Below are positions 26,585 through 39,039 of a stretch of DNA of 64,000 nt, piece after piece (positions within the stretch are counted from its first letter, which is position 1; each line of letters starts with the position of its first letter). The stretch comes from Octopus sinensis (Eukaryota). The stretch is from assembly GCF_006345805.1 (NCBI RefSeq), contig NC_043007.1:50530001-50594000 (forward strand), given 5' to 3'. Under the pieces are notes generated by a model. The model ran no database searches and was not told where the DNA came from. It worked only from the letters and a program-made list of their open reading frames with translations. Both the position numbers and the translations under genes were made by a program.

Positions 26585-26790
26585 GCAGTGAGCTGGCAGA
26601 ATCGTTAGCACGCCAGGCAAAATGCTTAGCAGTATTTTGTCCATCTTTACATCCAAATTCCGCTGAGGTCGACTTTGTCTTTCATCCTTTCGCTGTCGGT
26701 GAAATAAGCTCCAGTTGAGTATTGGGGTCGATGTAATCGACTTATCCCCTACCCCGAAATTGCTGACCTTATGTCAAACTTAAAACCAGT
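26585..26790 (+). mobile_element. SINE family A
   Basis: gagctggcagaatcgttagcacgccaggcaaaatgcttagc..gaggtcgactttg..ggggtcgatgtaatcgac. Confidence 0.85.
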
Positions 26791-27564
26791 ATGATTTAAA
26801 ACCAATTCAAGGAGCCTTAAATGGGTGAGTGCCTTAAATAAGAGAGAATAGCTATATACTTTCCTATTCTGATTTCAAATCCAACTAGGTCCATTCTGCA
26901 TTTTTTTCTTTTCTAGAGTTATAGATAAATCCCAGTTACATACTAATGTAGAAGAAGATTAATCAACTATAATACTTACTTGAATATATGCAGTCTTCAA
27001 GCTAGATATGACTGCAAAATCACCCTCGGGTCACTTCATCGTTGCCTTGTGAACGGAAGGATAGATTAGATAATTTGTTCTAGGGAAAACACCTTCCATC
27101 CCAAAAATATATGTTGCTGATAGCTGTAATATTTTTTATGATAACAAGGTTGATAAGTGGCTTAAATAACAACTACTACAATAAAAACCACGTTTGACCT
27201 TCCGTCATTACCAGAAATCGATATCGTACAGTCAAATCAGTAAACTCGTATAAAAAGCTAATTCGGTGGAAGGGAAATGTGTCGATACTTTGCATGGGTC
27301 ATAAATTGTTGTGTGCCAGAGTGTTAGGATCAGGCCTCTGAATAGAAATGTCCCCTATTGCAGTTAACAGATGAAGAGACATGCAACTATTAAAGACAGT
27401 CATTCTAGTGCAATTACTCAGAGTATTTTTATAATGTCAACATTGAATCCTTTTCTACTGTTCAATAATTATGACTGTCTGTGACAAGTTCAAAGAAATA
27501 ATAGACAAACGTAATCGGTAATTCATGTCGGTTTGTTGTTGCTGTCGATATTATTATTGTTGTT

Positions 27565-27765
27565 AACTGGCAGAATCGTTAGCACGCCGGGCAAAATTTC
27601 GTCCATCTTTACATTCTGAATTCAAATGCAGCTGTGGTCGCCTTTGCCTTTTATCCTTTCGCAGTCGATACAATAAGTAGCAATTGAGCACTAAGGTCGA
27701 TATAATTGACATACTCCCTCGCCCAAAATTGCTGGCCTTATGTCAAAATTTGAAACCATCAGTAT
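27565..27765 (+). mobile_element. SINE family A
   Basis: ctggcagaatcgttagcacgccgggc..aaaatttgaaacc; degenerate ATT flanks. Confidence 0.8.
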
Positions 27766-27931
27766 TATTGGCGTTGTTTAACCCCAGCTCAACTGTACAA
27801 TTACAAAGACTGTAAACCACAGCAAAACTTATAAAAAGAAAAGGAAAAAAAATCAGAAATTAAAAAATTGAACGATGAGAACATCGGTATATATATATTA
27901 TTATTATTATTTCAATCAGTAATTAAAAATA

Positions 27932-28247
27932 GGGAGGCGTATTGGCCCAGTGATTAGAACAGCGGACTTGCGGTCGGAGGATCGCCGTTTCGATTCCCAG
28001 ACCGGGCGTTGTGTGTGTTTATTGAGCGAAAACACTTAAAGCTCCACGAGACACCGGCAGGGGGTGGTGGTGAACCCTGTTGTACTCTTTCGCCCCAACT
28101 TTCTCTCACTCTCTCTTCCTGTTTCTTGAGTAACGCTGCGATGGACTGGCGTCCCGTCCAGCTGGGGGAACACATACGCCACAGAAACCGGGAAACCGGG
28201 CCCATGAGCCTGGTTAGGCTTGAAAAGGGTGCATAAATAAATAAAAA
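27932..28247 (+). mobile_element. tRNA-derived SINE family C with a V-domain-like motif
   Basis: A box TGGCCCAGTG and B box G(T)TTCGATTCCC. gctgcgatggactggcgtcccgtccag at 28135-28161 resembles the conserved V-SINE domain. A-rich tail. Confidence 0.75.
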
Positions 28248-28274
28248 TTGAAAATAGAACAAGGTGAATTGCTC

Positions 28275-28980
28275 CTTTTCAAGGCCAAGGTCAGCGCTCT
28301 CATTGATCGTTAGTAGTAGTAAACACATTTGACCTCTGCTGACCCAAAGGATATGAGGCCTCTTTTGACTCCTTGTCGCACAGGAATGAGTGCAAACACG
28401 AAAGCAGCAAAAAATCACATTCTATTGTCAAGGAAGCTAGCAAATTCGCAAAGAAACTTGGCATTAACTCTGAATTAGATGAAGAACCTGAAACCACTGC
28501 CACCAAACAAGCAAAACGGATCCAGCAGAATGCAAACTGAACGGGCAGAAACAGATTGAGGAGCAGTGGAGTCGGAAGCCTCTACATGGACAATATCTAC
28601 TTCGAAGCCGAAATGCTGATGTGGACCAAGCAACAATCCATCAGTGGCTGAGAAGCTCAGGACTGAAAGCAGAGATTGAAGGTTTCATATTGGCGGCATA
28701 AGACCAAAGCTTGCTTACCAAAACTATCAGGCTAACGTTCTTCAAAATGGTTCTGACCCTAAATGCAGATTCTGCGATACATTTGACAAAACAGTACACC
28801 ATCTTGTCTCGGGATGTCCTGTATTGATACTAGACGAATATAAAGATCGCCACAATAGAATAGGACAGTATTTACATTGGAAAATATATAAACACTACAA
28901 AGTCAACTGTCTGCTCACTGGTACGAACATCAGAGTCACTCGTTGAAAGTGAAAATGTTACTATCCTCTGGGATTTTTCC
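28275..28980 (+). mobile_element. R4/Dong-like LINE C-terminal relic
   Basis: SRKPLHGQYLL..QWLRSSGLKAEIEGFILAA..CRFCDTF..HLVSGCP..RHNRIGQYLHWK..VTILWDF. Confidence 0.85.
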
Positions 28981-29135
28981 TTTGAATTCATGCAGCATGC
29001 AGTGTCTGATCTAGATTTGATCTGAATTCATTTTGAAAGGAGAAAATCGATATGATTTTAACCATTATGGCATTAAAGTAAACTGCAAAGAAAGGAAAAA
29101 ATCATTAGAATGTAAAAATTGATGTTATGTTACAC

Positions 29136-29253
<118 letters not shown>

Positions 29254-29659
29254 GAAATATGTTACGAAAAGAAAATATAAAATACACGTGGAAGTGTAAG
29301 GGTAAAATATGAAAAATCAACGAAAATGCACCTTGCAAATAGAAAAAGGCTATTTATGACAGGTAACGACAAATATATACATTTAGATTGACTGAGGTAG
29401 TAATATGAGTCATAAAAGTCATTATTATGAGATGATTATAAGATGATAATAAACTAAGAGAACAAAACGAACCATGGTTTACGCAAATATTCATCGTTTG
29501 AACATCACCGGTTAATACACGGTGTCTTATAGTTCCTGAGAAAAAAGATTATTTGTAAGGGAGGTAAGTAGGTCTGGATTTAGAGATGTGAGTGGTGCAG
29601 GAAGTGTATAGGGTTTAGTGGTTTCACTTGAAGAGTTAGTGGTGTTCTGTATTGAGTTG

Positions 29660-31263
29660 TGTGTTCATATTTAGTTGGGGGAGACATTTATTGATGAAAA
29701 ATGCCTCTTTATTCAACCTTTGTTGCATTGTGGTGTTCTGTGAACATTGGTAAAAGGGAAATATTTGGAAATTGGGATTAAGATTCCTGGCACATCTTTC
29801 TATGTGTTCACTCACCTTTAACTGTCTGTATTGTGGGTGACGGATTTACTCTTTGTGAATGCCGATTCTTTGACGGAGCGAAATTCCTGTTTGTCCAATA
29901 TAGAGTTTACCACATCCTATGCATGTCATGACATAGATGACATTTGCTGAGGCGCAGGTGAAATTTTATTTGATCTTAAATATTTCTCCTTGTTTGAATT
30001 GGAATTCTGAATCCTCCAGAAGGTGGGGGCATGTTCCACAGTTAGAACGTCCATATTTTGTCACTTTTGGCTCAGTTGTTAGTGGGTAAAGTCTAGCGCT
30101 GGTTAATATTTTTTTCAGTGACTTCGGTTGCGTTTTGCTTTTTATAATTTTATATGAGCTTAAAATTTCGTTCATTGTTTTGTCTAATGGGAAGGTTTTG
30201 GGTGATGATGTTGAAGGCTTCGTTGTTTCTGGGGTTATGCGTGGAGATGTACGGGAGTATTTTCAAGTCTTGTTTAGTATTTCGGCTAGTTTTTCTTAAC
30301 CTTTGTATATCAATTTCCTTAGCTCTTTTGATGCCTTCATTTACTAGTGAGATTGGGTAATGTCTTTTAGTTAGTGTAAATCTAAGTTCAAGGAGTCTAT
30401 GTGCTCGAGTGTATGTATCGGAAACTATGGTGCAGATTCTTTTTGCTAGGTTAAAGGGTATGTTGATTTTTATGTGTTTGGGGTGGCAGGAATTAAATAA
30501 TAGGTATTGTTTAGAATCTGTGGGTTTATAAAAGATGTCTGTTTCTATGTGGTTGTTAACTATTCTAATTAAGATGTCTAGAAAAGGGAGTTGCTTACTG
30601 TTGTGTTCCATAGTGAATTGTATATTGCTGTGTATGTTGTTGATCATTCTTTCGAAATCAAGGAGTTGATCCATGCTGTCTTGCCAAAGTATGAAACAAT
30701 CATCTAAATATCTCTTCCAGTTCTCCTTTAAGTAGCAATTAAAAGAGGCGCCATATTTTTCTAGTGATGATTGGTATAACTTAAGTTCGTGGTAACCCAT
30801 TACGAGGTTTGCAATCACTGGAGCAGCTCTGGTCCCCATTGCAATTCCGCATTCTGTCGATAGTAAGTAGTATCGAACAAGAAATGATTGTTCAACAGGA
30901 CGAATTTCAGTGCTTCAATTATAAAATAGTGGTTAATTCGTCCTGGGATTTCTTCTGGGTATTTTTCTAGCCAAAATGTGATTGCTTCTATACCATAGTC
31001 ATGTGGGATATTAGTGTATAGATTCACCACATCGAAAGACACCAGTAGAGTTCTGTCCTTTACTGTCTTCGGGAGGTGGTTCAGCATGTCTAGGTCATCC
31101 CTGATATATCTTTTCACATATTTTAAAAGAGGTTTGAGTAATATGTCGAGGAAGTTACTCAAACGGTGGGTTTCGCAAGAAGGGCCAGCTATGATGGGTC
31201 TGAGTTTGAGGTCAGTAGGGGAAGGGACATCAATGCATAGGCTTGTAGAGACTTTGCAAGCTT

Positions 31264-31264
<1 letters not shown>
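29660..31264 (-). mobile_element. Penelope-like element (RT + GIY-YIG endonuclease), 5'-truncated and frameshifted; Cys-rich linker suggests the Neptune group
   Basis: [62 protein letters not shown], linker (Y)GRSNCGTCPH..FTCAS, and VIYVMTCIGCGKLYIGQT (29890-29960). Confidence 0.93.
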
Positions 31265-31329
<65 letters not shown>

Positions 31330-31377
31330 GTGAAGCTTGCAGGCTTCACACACACACACACCACACACACACACACA

Positions 31378-31430
<53 letters not shown>

Positions 31431-31435
<5 letters not shown>

Positions 31436-31721
31436 CCTGCAAAGTCTCTACAAGCCTATGCATTGATGTCCCTTCCCCTACTGACCTCAAACTCAGACCC
31501 ATCATAGCTGGCCCTTCTTGCGAAACCCACCGTTTGAGTAACTTCCTCGACATATTACTCAAACCTCTTTTAAAATATGTGAAAAGATATATCAGGGATG
31601 ACCTAGACATGCTGAACCACCTCCCGAAGACAGTAAAGGACGGAACTCTACTGGTGTCTTTCGATGTGGTGAATCTATACACTAATATCCCACACGACTA
31701 TGTAATATCCCACACGACTAT
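31431..31721 (+). repeat. Inverted duplication of the truncated 5' end of the Penelope RT
   Basis: 31431-31702 is the reverse complement of about 30995-31264 with about 3 mismatches. It ends in a 19-bp tandem duplication (taatatcccacacgactat at 31683-31701 and 31703-31721). Confidence 0.9.
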
Positions 31722-31941
31722 ATATATATATATGTATGTATGCATGTATATATATATATATTATATATATATATATAATATATATATATATATACACATA
31801 TATACATATGTGTATATATATATGTATATATGTATGTATATATATATGTGTGTGTGTGTGTATGTGTATATATATATATGTATATATATGTGTGTATATA
31901 TGTATATATGTGTGTATATGTATATATATAAATGTATATTG

Positions 31942-32037
<96 letters not shown>

Positions 32038-32473
32038 TGTGTTTGTGTGTAGTATATATCAATTATTTACTCAAATAGTCTTTAATTTCTATTTCTTACT
32101 GCTTGCTACCCCGCGTAGGTATCAATGTCTTTTAAAATCTCAATTTCTCTGTTTTCTCTCTCTCCCTTTCTCTCTCTGTATATATATATTTCTCTCTGTC
32201 CCTCTGTCTCTCTCTATCTATCTATCTCTCTCTCCCTCTTTCTGTCTCTCTCTTTCTTTCTCCTACCTTACTTTCTGAAATATTTTGTTGCCACTTTCAT
32301 TCGATGTTTCTTCAGACGAAGTTAGTTTGTATTAGAAAATGATTAATTCGGTTTAGTTTTCTTTCATTTACAATATCTTTTATATCCTCAAAGGACCAAA
32401 ATTTAATAACCGAAGTGCGAATTTTGTAAACGACTTCAAAAAAACCTCATCTATATCATATATAAATGTGTGT

Positions 32474-32544
<71 letters not shown>

Positions 32545-33899
32545 TGTGTGTGTATTTATATATGTATCTATGTATGTATATGCTGCATAAAGTAGCGTTT
32601 CTAGATTGCTATGTTTTACAACTCCTACTGAAAATATGATCTAACGGTGGAAGGTGAGAGTTTTGCCCCAGTACAATTAGAACTTTGCCAACTGTCTCAG
32701 TTACATTTAGATATATCAAAACAGTAAACAAGACGCTAATACACAGTTTGTATGTAGTCAGCGAAAATTACAATACTAGCATCTATTTTACTGTTTACAT
32801 TCAATACATAATGTCACCGTGTCTTTCCCCAACTCTTCTTTTAAGCTGTATCACCATTCATGCTTCTTTCACTAAATTCCTGTATCACCTATAGCTTTCT
32901 TAAAGAGCTCTGTCGTTTAATATCTAGCAGCAACGTTTAGACAGTATTTGCTCGATGAGGCTTTGTACGACGGGAACATATCGTAACATCCCTATCGTAA
33001 ATCCAACCCATTGTCTCCTACGTAGTAATTTTGTTATAATTGGCCAATCAGACAATGATAATTTGTCATCAATAAATGTGTCATTTTAATCAACTGAAGA
33101 AATCCCTTGGCTCATTGTGTTTAGTTGTAGGAGTGCGTAGGTGTTTTCAGCCACACACGGATTATATATAAGCCAATCGCGAAATGATTAATGAATTTGG
33201 TTGAATAGAAAGCTTTCAAACAATAAGGCAGGGATTTTGGTCTTCTCCCCGCACCCCTTATGCAGATATTTCACCGTAATCGAAACTAGTGAGTTGGTGT
33301 TACATGCTAGAACTGTTTGGTTATCATTTTACTTGATTCAGTAATTAGACTACGGCCATGCTAGGGTATCCTCTTGAGGAATTTTAGTAAAACTAGTCGA
33401 CCCCACTACTTTTCCTTTTAAGTTTGGTACTTATTTTATATCGGTTTCTTTTGTCGAACCGCTAACTTTTGGGGACGTAAACATATCAAAAGCGCTTGTC
33501 AAGCAGTGGTGGGGGGTCAAACACAGACACAAAGATAGACACACGCACGCACACATACACACACGCGCGCGCGCGCGCGCAGCTACCTTTGCGCCTATTA
33601 AGTCAGCTTTCGAAGATTCTAAGCTTCATAATCATGTAGTCTCAGTTCAACGCTGATCAATCCAATTCAATCTGTCCTTTGAGGACAATAAGTCCCTCCT
33701 TTCAAACCAAACAGTAACGCTGATTATGAATAGCAGCGATATGGCTGAAGTAGCTAGGAGACCTATTAAGGCATTAAATACACAGACGGTAGGATATCCT
33801 ATATGTAACATATTAACAGCAAAGAACTTAATTTTCTTGTTGATATATGTGAGTGTGTGTGTATATGTATGTCAATATTCAGATTATTTCAAGATTTCT

Positions 33900-34560
33900 T
33901 GCCAATAGAGAAAGATCCGGTTTCTAACCTAGATCCAGGGTTCCTTCATTGGAATTTCAGCATCAATAACCGGGTATTTTTGTTTGTATGTATGTGCAGA
34001 TTTGTATGTTTTATGTATGTATTCTCATGCATATAGTTGCATATCTTGACATATTCATATAAATATTTAAATTATTAACTTCTGGAAAGTTTTACAGATT
34101 GTTACAGTTCCAATGATGGATTGGATCTGTAGTCTTTGAATTAGCTTTCTTCTTTGTGGTTTTGAGAAGCCTAATTTCTCAAGATTGGTATTTAGGTAGT
34201 GTGGCCCAATAATTACAAGTATAAACTGCAGATTTCTTAATAGTAGTTCAGCATAGGTGTTCTCTTTTTCACTGATCTTCAGCTTTATGTTAACATCCGC
34301 TGGGCAGCTAATTTCCACAACTGCACAGTTTCTCTTCTCTATCCCAAATCATTATATGCGTGCATTTTATTGAGGTGAATTAATTGCTCCGTATTGAAAT
34401 TATTCTCTCACTGGTGGCTGCCATGATTTCGGCGCAAAACTAATCAGTTGCAGCGCAGACTTCAACATGGGTTGGGGCTCTCGATCATGGTAACGCGTAC
34501 TGAGGAAGGTGAGACTATTATGCCAGTTCAGAAACCGGTCCACATGAGTCCAAATACTTG
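33900..34560 (-). mobile_element. R4-clade LINE 3' relic (second lineage)
   Basis: ORF 34067-34318 EISCPADVNIKLKISEKENTY..IQSIIGTVTICKTF, matching the restriction-like endonuclease C-terminus. Confidence 0.7.
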
Positions 34561-34739
34561 AATGTATGCTAAGAGACTGTTTTAGCCCGTTTGCCTTTGG
34601 ACGGTTGATTTCTGTAGTTATTATCAGTGTATTTTAGGGATTTAAATAAGAGTTTTGATTGTTATTTCTAGCAGGTAGACATACTTAGTATGTCCTATGA
34701 TAAATTTTAATATATATATATATATGTATGTATATATAT

Positions 34740-34793
<54 letters not shown>

Positions 34794-35021
34794 ATCTTGT
34801 ACTTGATACAGTCATTAGATGGCGGTAAGCTGGGTCACTGCCTTCGAGGAATGCTTTAGTCGAGGAAATCGGCTCCAGTACTTATTTTATTAAAGCTTGG
34901 TATTTATTTTATCGGTTTCTATTGTCGAACCTCCGGATAGTTATTCTCTCGTGTTTTATTAAATGTATGTTTATGCATATACATATACACACATGTGCAC
35001 ACGCATATATATCCATTTTAT

Positions 35022-35330
35022 CTTTTATGTTTTTATATCTTTTCTTTGTTTCAGGCAATAGACTGGAGCCATGCTAACCGACCCCAGTATTTATTTTTTA
35101 AGCATGGAAATTCTTTGTCGATCCTCTATGTTACGTGCACGTAAACAAACCAAGTTGTCAAACCAAAGACATACACATATAGATGTGCTTATTTAAGTTT
35201 CCATCTACCATATTCACTCACAATTCTTTGGTCGGCTCGGGTCTATAGTAAAAAATACTCAAGCTCTCGCACAGAAGAACTGGACGCAAGACCACGTGGC
35301 TGGGAAGCAAGCTTTTTACCAAACAGCCAT
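35022..35330 (-). mobile_element. SINE family B, atypical internally deleted copy
   Basis: Family B motifs with idiosyncratic deletions; about 95% identical to 41118-41394. Confidence 0.8.
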
Positions 35331-35399
35331 GCATACCCCTATATATGTAGAAGAAACAAACATTGTCATCGACTGTTTCTCGTTTCCCACAATTTCTAT

Positions 35400-35842
35400 T
35401 TCTCCCTATTGGGGAACAATGACAATTGCTTGGACTTGCCTACAGTGTATACCAACTTGCCAGAGAGGCCCTCATCTACTTGGGCTCCAGAACCTTCCCC
35501 TGAGGTACATGTGGAATGAGATATCAGATGATAAAATTGCAATTAGCTGTCGCTGACCCAGTTCTAATCTCAAGCGCTACCTTATTAGCTCGTCTATCTA
35601 GCGTTGCCCACTTCCGTCACTGGAAACATCATTCATGTCAACCTTGGTTGGTGTCTACATCCGCTTACTCTGCCGTTACGTTCTTGAAGGGTGGCTGTTT
35701 GCGTTCAGTCTGGGATTCTTCTTCGACGATACCGCCATGGGTGATCCCAGCTGGAGTACTTGACTCCCGACAACATCGCTCTCGGAGTCATTGAACCACG
35801 CAATACCTCCCACCGCAACAAGGAACGACCATGAGAAGGGGA
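35400..35842 (-). mobile_element. RTE-clade LINE 5'-UTR-like fragment
   Basis: Minus strand cttgttgcggtgggagg..caatgactccgagagcgatgttgtcggg..gggatcacccatggcgg..cccagact resembles the conserved 5' UTR of RTE-clade elements. This is from memory of the family and was not database-checked. Confidence 0.5.
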
Positions 35843-36589
35843 CAAACACACACAGAAATATGTATGTATGTATGTTTGTATGTATGTATATATGTGTGCC
35901 TGTATATGTATGCGTGTATGTATATATGTATATGCATTATGCTTTTACTGAAGGATTTGCAATAAATACGCATTTATAAAATTGCCAAACGAGCCATGAC
36001 GTCATCGCTTGACGAACCCAACATCATTTAACGAAACTACCGTCTTCAGCATCCAGTCGAGACCACGTGACACTGATGTCAGCAATTTTAGCAGAAAGAA
36101 AATTGTACATTTTCTTAGAAGTGTTTTCTTAGTCATGGCTGTAGTTGTGTGTCTCTGTTTTAAGTTGTTTAGTCTGTTAATGATCAGCTGCTTGATTGAC
36201 AGTAGACGCCGTGTGTTTATCTTCCATACGGGGTGTCAGTCATCCTTGAAAGAAACCATCAATGTTTATAGAAATGACGGCTATACAGAGCGGAAATTAT
36301 GCACGTCATCTATACAGCACCGCTTATACTGTGATGTAATTGATCACGTGTCAATGCTTGAATTGTGTATGCAGCACGTAGTCGTATATGTGGATGATGA
36401 TGAAAGGTGTTGGTGATTGAGGAGCGAAATCACGGTGGGAAAAGCTGCTTTCATACACATACACGTATATATATATATATACGCCGTGTGCATATATGTA
36501 TACATACATATACATACATAATTTTAAAGCGGTGCTCCAGCGTGGCCACAGTTAAATGACTGAAACAAGTAAAAGAGTAAATGAGTATG

Positions 36590-36624
<35 letters not shown>

Positions 36625-36739
36625 GATAGATATACATGCACTGTATAATATATATGCCAATAAATATGTATTTAAAAGGAACAACTTTTCTCGTAGACAT
36701 TGTATATTAAGAACATGACAGTTTTCCAGTTTGGAGTGG

Positions 36740-37117
36740 GGAGAGAAAAATCGATTATATCGACACCAGTGCTCAGCTGGTATTTATTTTATCGACTATG
36801 AAAGGAAAAAAGGAAGAGTCGAATTCAACGGAATTTGCACTCAGAAAGTAAGGCGTGATAACGATTCTGCCAGCTCGTTGCCGCAACAACAATAACAATT
36901 ATCTTTTCTACAATAGGCACAAGGCCTGAAATTTTGGGGGAAGCTACAAGTCAATTACATTGACCCCAGTGCGTAACTGGTACTTAATTATCGACCCCGA
37001 AAGGATGAAAGGCAAAATCGACCTCGACGGAATTTGAACTCAGAACGCGAAGACGGACGAAATGCTGCTAAGCATTTTCGCCCGGCGTGCTAACGATTCT
37101 GCCAGCTCACCGCCTTA
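36740..37117 (-). mobile_element. Two tandem SINE family A copies
   Basis: Two blocks, each ending in ..acgattctgccagctc.. (about 36870 and 37100), separated by AAC/AAT repeats. Confidence 0.85.
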
Positions 37118-37139
37118 CACAAAGTCAACGCGCACTATC

Positions 37140-38760
37140 AGTTGAGAATGAATGGACCTCGCTTCAACCACCTTCCTTTCATGGATTATTTAAATATGTT
37201 ACGGAAAACAGAGCCTGAAAGTGAGAGGCTGCTACAGATGTGCAGCAAGGGTATATGGATGGAATTCGGTATCTCGAAGTGGGCGGAGCTCACTTTGAAA
37301 CTGGAGAAAAGAGCAAATTGTTGAGCCATATAATTGCCAAACGGAGAGAGAGAATAGAAGACTCGGATGATGATGGTTACAAGTACCTTAGAATTCTGGA
37401 GCTGGACAATATCTTGCACAGAGAAATGAAAGACAAGGTCATCACTGCATATTTCAAGTGCCTCAAACTTCTCTTGAAATCAAAACTCAACTCAAGGAAC
37501 TTTGTAACTGTTGCTATAGTCCGCTAGAGTGCACCCATCCTGAAATGGTCACCAGCGGAGATTAACTAACTCGAGCGCACTACCCAAATTACAATGACAA
37601 TAAATGGTGCCCTCCACCCTAATACGAACATGCCCAGGCTTTACATGAAGAGGTGTAAAAGTGAACGTGGACTGATTAACGTGCATCAACATAAAAGAAG
37701 AAACATGGCAGAATATTTGGTAAACAGCAAACAAGATCTGCAACAGTTTGCTGCTAATACAGAAAAATTTGCCAAAAATGGACCAGAGAGTGCTCATGAA
37801 TTCCAATTACGAATGGCTCCATGCTTGGAATGAAGTCGAATGAACCGGGAATCGGAAATTAGTCCCAGAGCAATGACGATACGGAACCCGCATGGAATTA
37901 CATGGTCACTTCCACCGTGAAGCTAACAAATTAAAACACCAGGAAGCATCATGGAAATGGCTCAGCAAGGGTGACCTAAAAAAGAAGACTGAAAGCCTAA
38001 TCCCTGCTGCCCAGGATCAGGCATTGAATACCAACTCAGTGTAAAGGGATATATACCACACAAGTGCAGCGAACCTCTGTAGAATGTATGGGAAGGGGGT
38101 CGAAAGCATGACTCACATTCTTTGTGCTTATGACTCTCTTGCGCAGAAAGTGAACAAGCGCAGACACGACAAGGTAACCCAAAACCTTCATTGGCTACTA
38201 TGCCGGAAGTATGGATACGAGGAAACGGGTGATTGGTACCAACATACACCGGTATAGGTAATGGACGATAGGAGGAAGGCAAAAATCCTCTGGGACTTTG
38301 ACTTCCAGACAGACAAGGTGTTAGAACACCGAAGGCCAGATATAGTAACCTTTAGGAGTGACAAACATGAGTGCCTAATAATAGACGTGGCGTGCTAGGA
38401 GATCAATATATTACCAGGAAAGAAAGAGAAAACATTCATAAATACGGAGACCTGAGAATTGAGATCGCCAAGATGTGGCAGCTACGAGAGTCAATCATAA
38501 AGGTTGTCCCTATTGTCGTCTGAGCATTGGGTTCAGTACCACCCAACCCGAAAAAAGAAAGCATCTGAAAACTTTAGAAATACCCTACAATTGCAAATAT
38601 CGGTATTACTTGGAAATGCACACATATTGCGTAAATTGCTGTCTGTCTGAGGTCCTTGTGATTTGACAGATAATACAAACCCCCACTAGATACAATATCT
38701 TCAATCAACAACGTCAAGATATTGGATACTGTGGGACGTCTTAAATAATAATAACAACAA
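37140..38760 (+). mobile_element. R4/Dong-like LINE relic (RT end to 3' end)
   Basis: MDYLNML..MEFGISKW, YKYLRILE, ALHPNTNMPRLYMKR, ELHGHF..WKWLSKGDLKKKTESL, RRHDKV, ILWDFDFQTD..RPD; followed by an (AAT/AAC)n tail at about 38744-38815. Confidence 0.88.
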
Positions 38761-39039
38761 CAACATCAACAACAACAATAACAATAACAACGACAACAAT
38801 AATAATAAAAATAACACTTCCGCTCTTCTATTTAGCGCCACAGCAACACCAGTATCTAAACCATCATTTGTCTAAAGAAATCAGGAGAGAAAATATTAGG
38901 GTCTTCAGGCCTTTAAGTAACAATAGTGAAACTATAGTAGTGAACAAGTGAATTATAAGGTAGGGATTATAGTAGTAATGGTGATATAATAGGGAACAAG
39001 TAAATAATAACTTAGAACGATTAATATGTGATGGTGCGC

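Noticed and set aside
29350-29368. Another AG|GT juxtaposition (gacag|gtaacg)
   Set aside because: There is no pyrimidine tract upstream, and it lies in the PLE 3' region.
29393-29402. TGAGGTAGTA, identical to the first 10 nt of let-7
   Set aside because: The match stops after 10 nt and there is no hairpin; expected by chance.
35600-35842. Possible HDV-like ribozyme in the RTE-type 5' UTR
   Set aside because: Such ribozymes are known in some RTE/R2/R4 leaders, but I could not build the nested double pseudoknot by eye. It needs a descriptor search.
36009-36416. 135-aa ORF in unique sequence
   Set aside because: It starts at TTG and has no recognisable motif or codon-like pattern. Kept only as a possible regulatory island.
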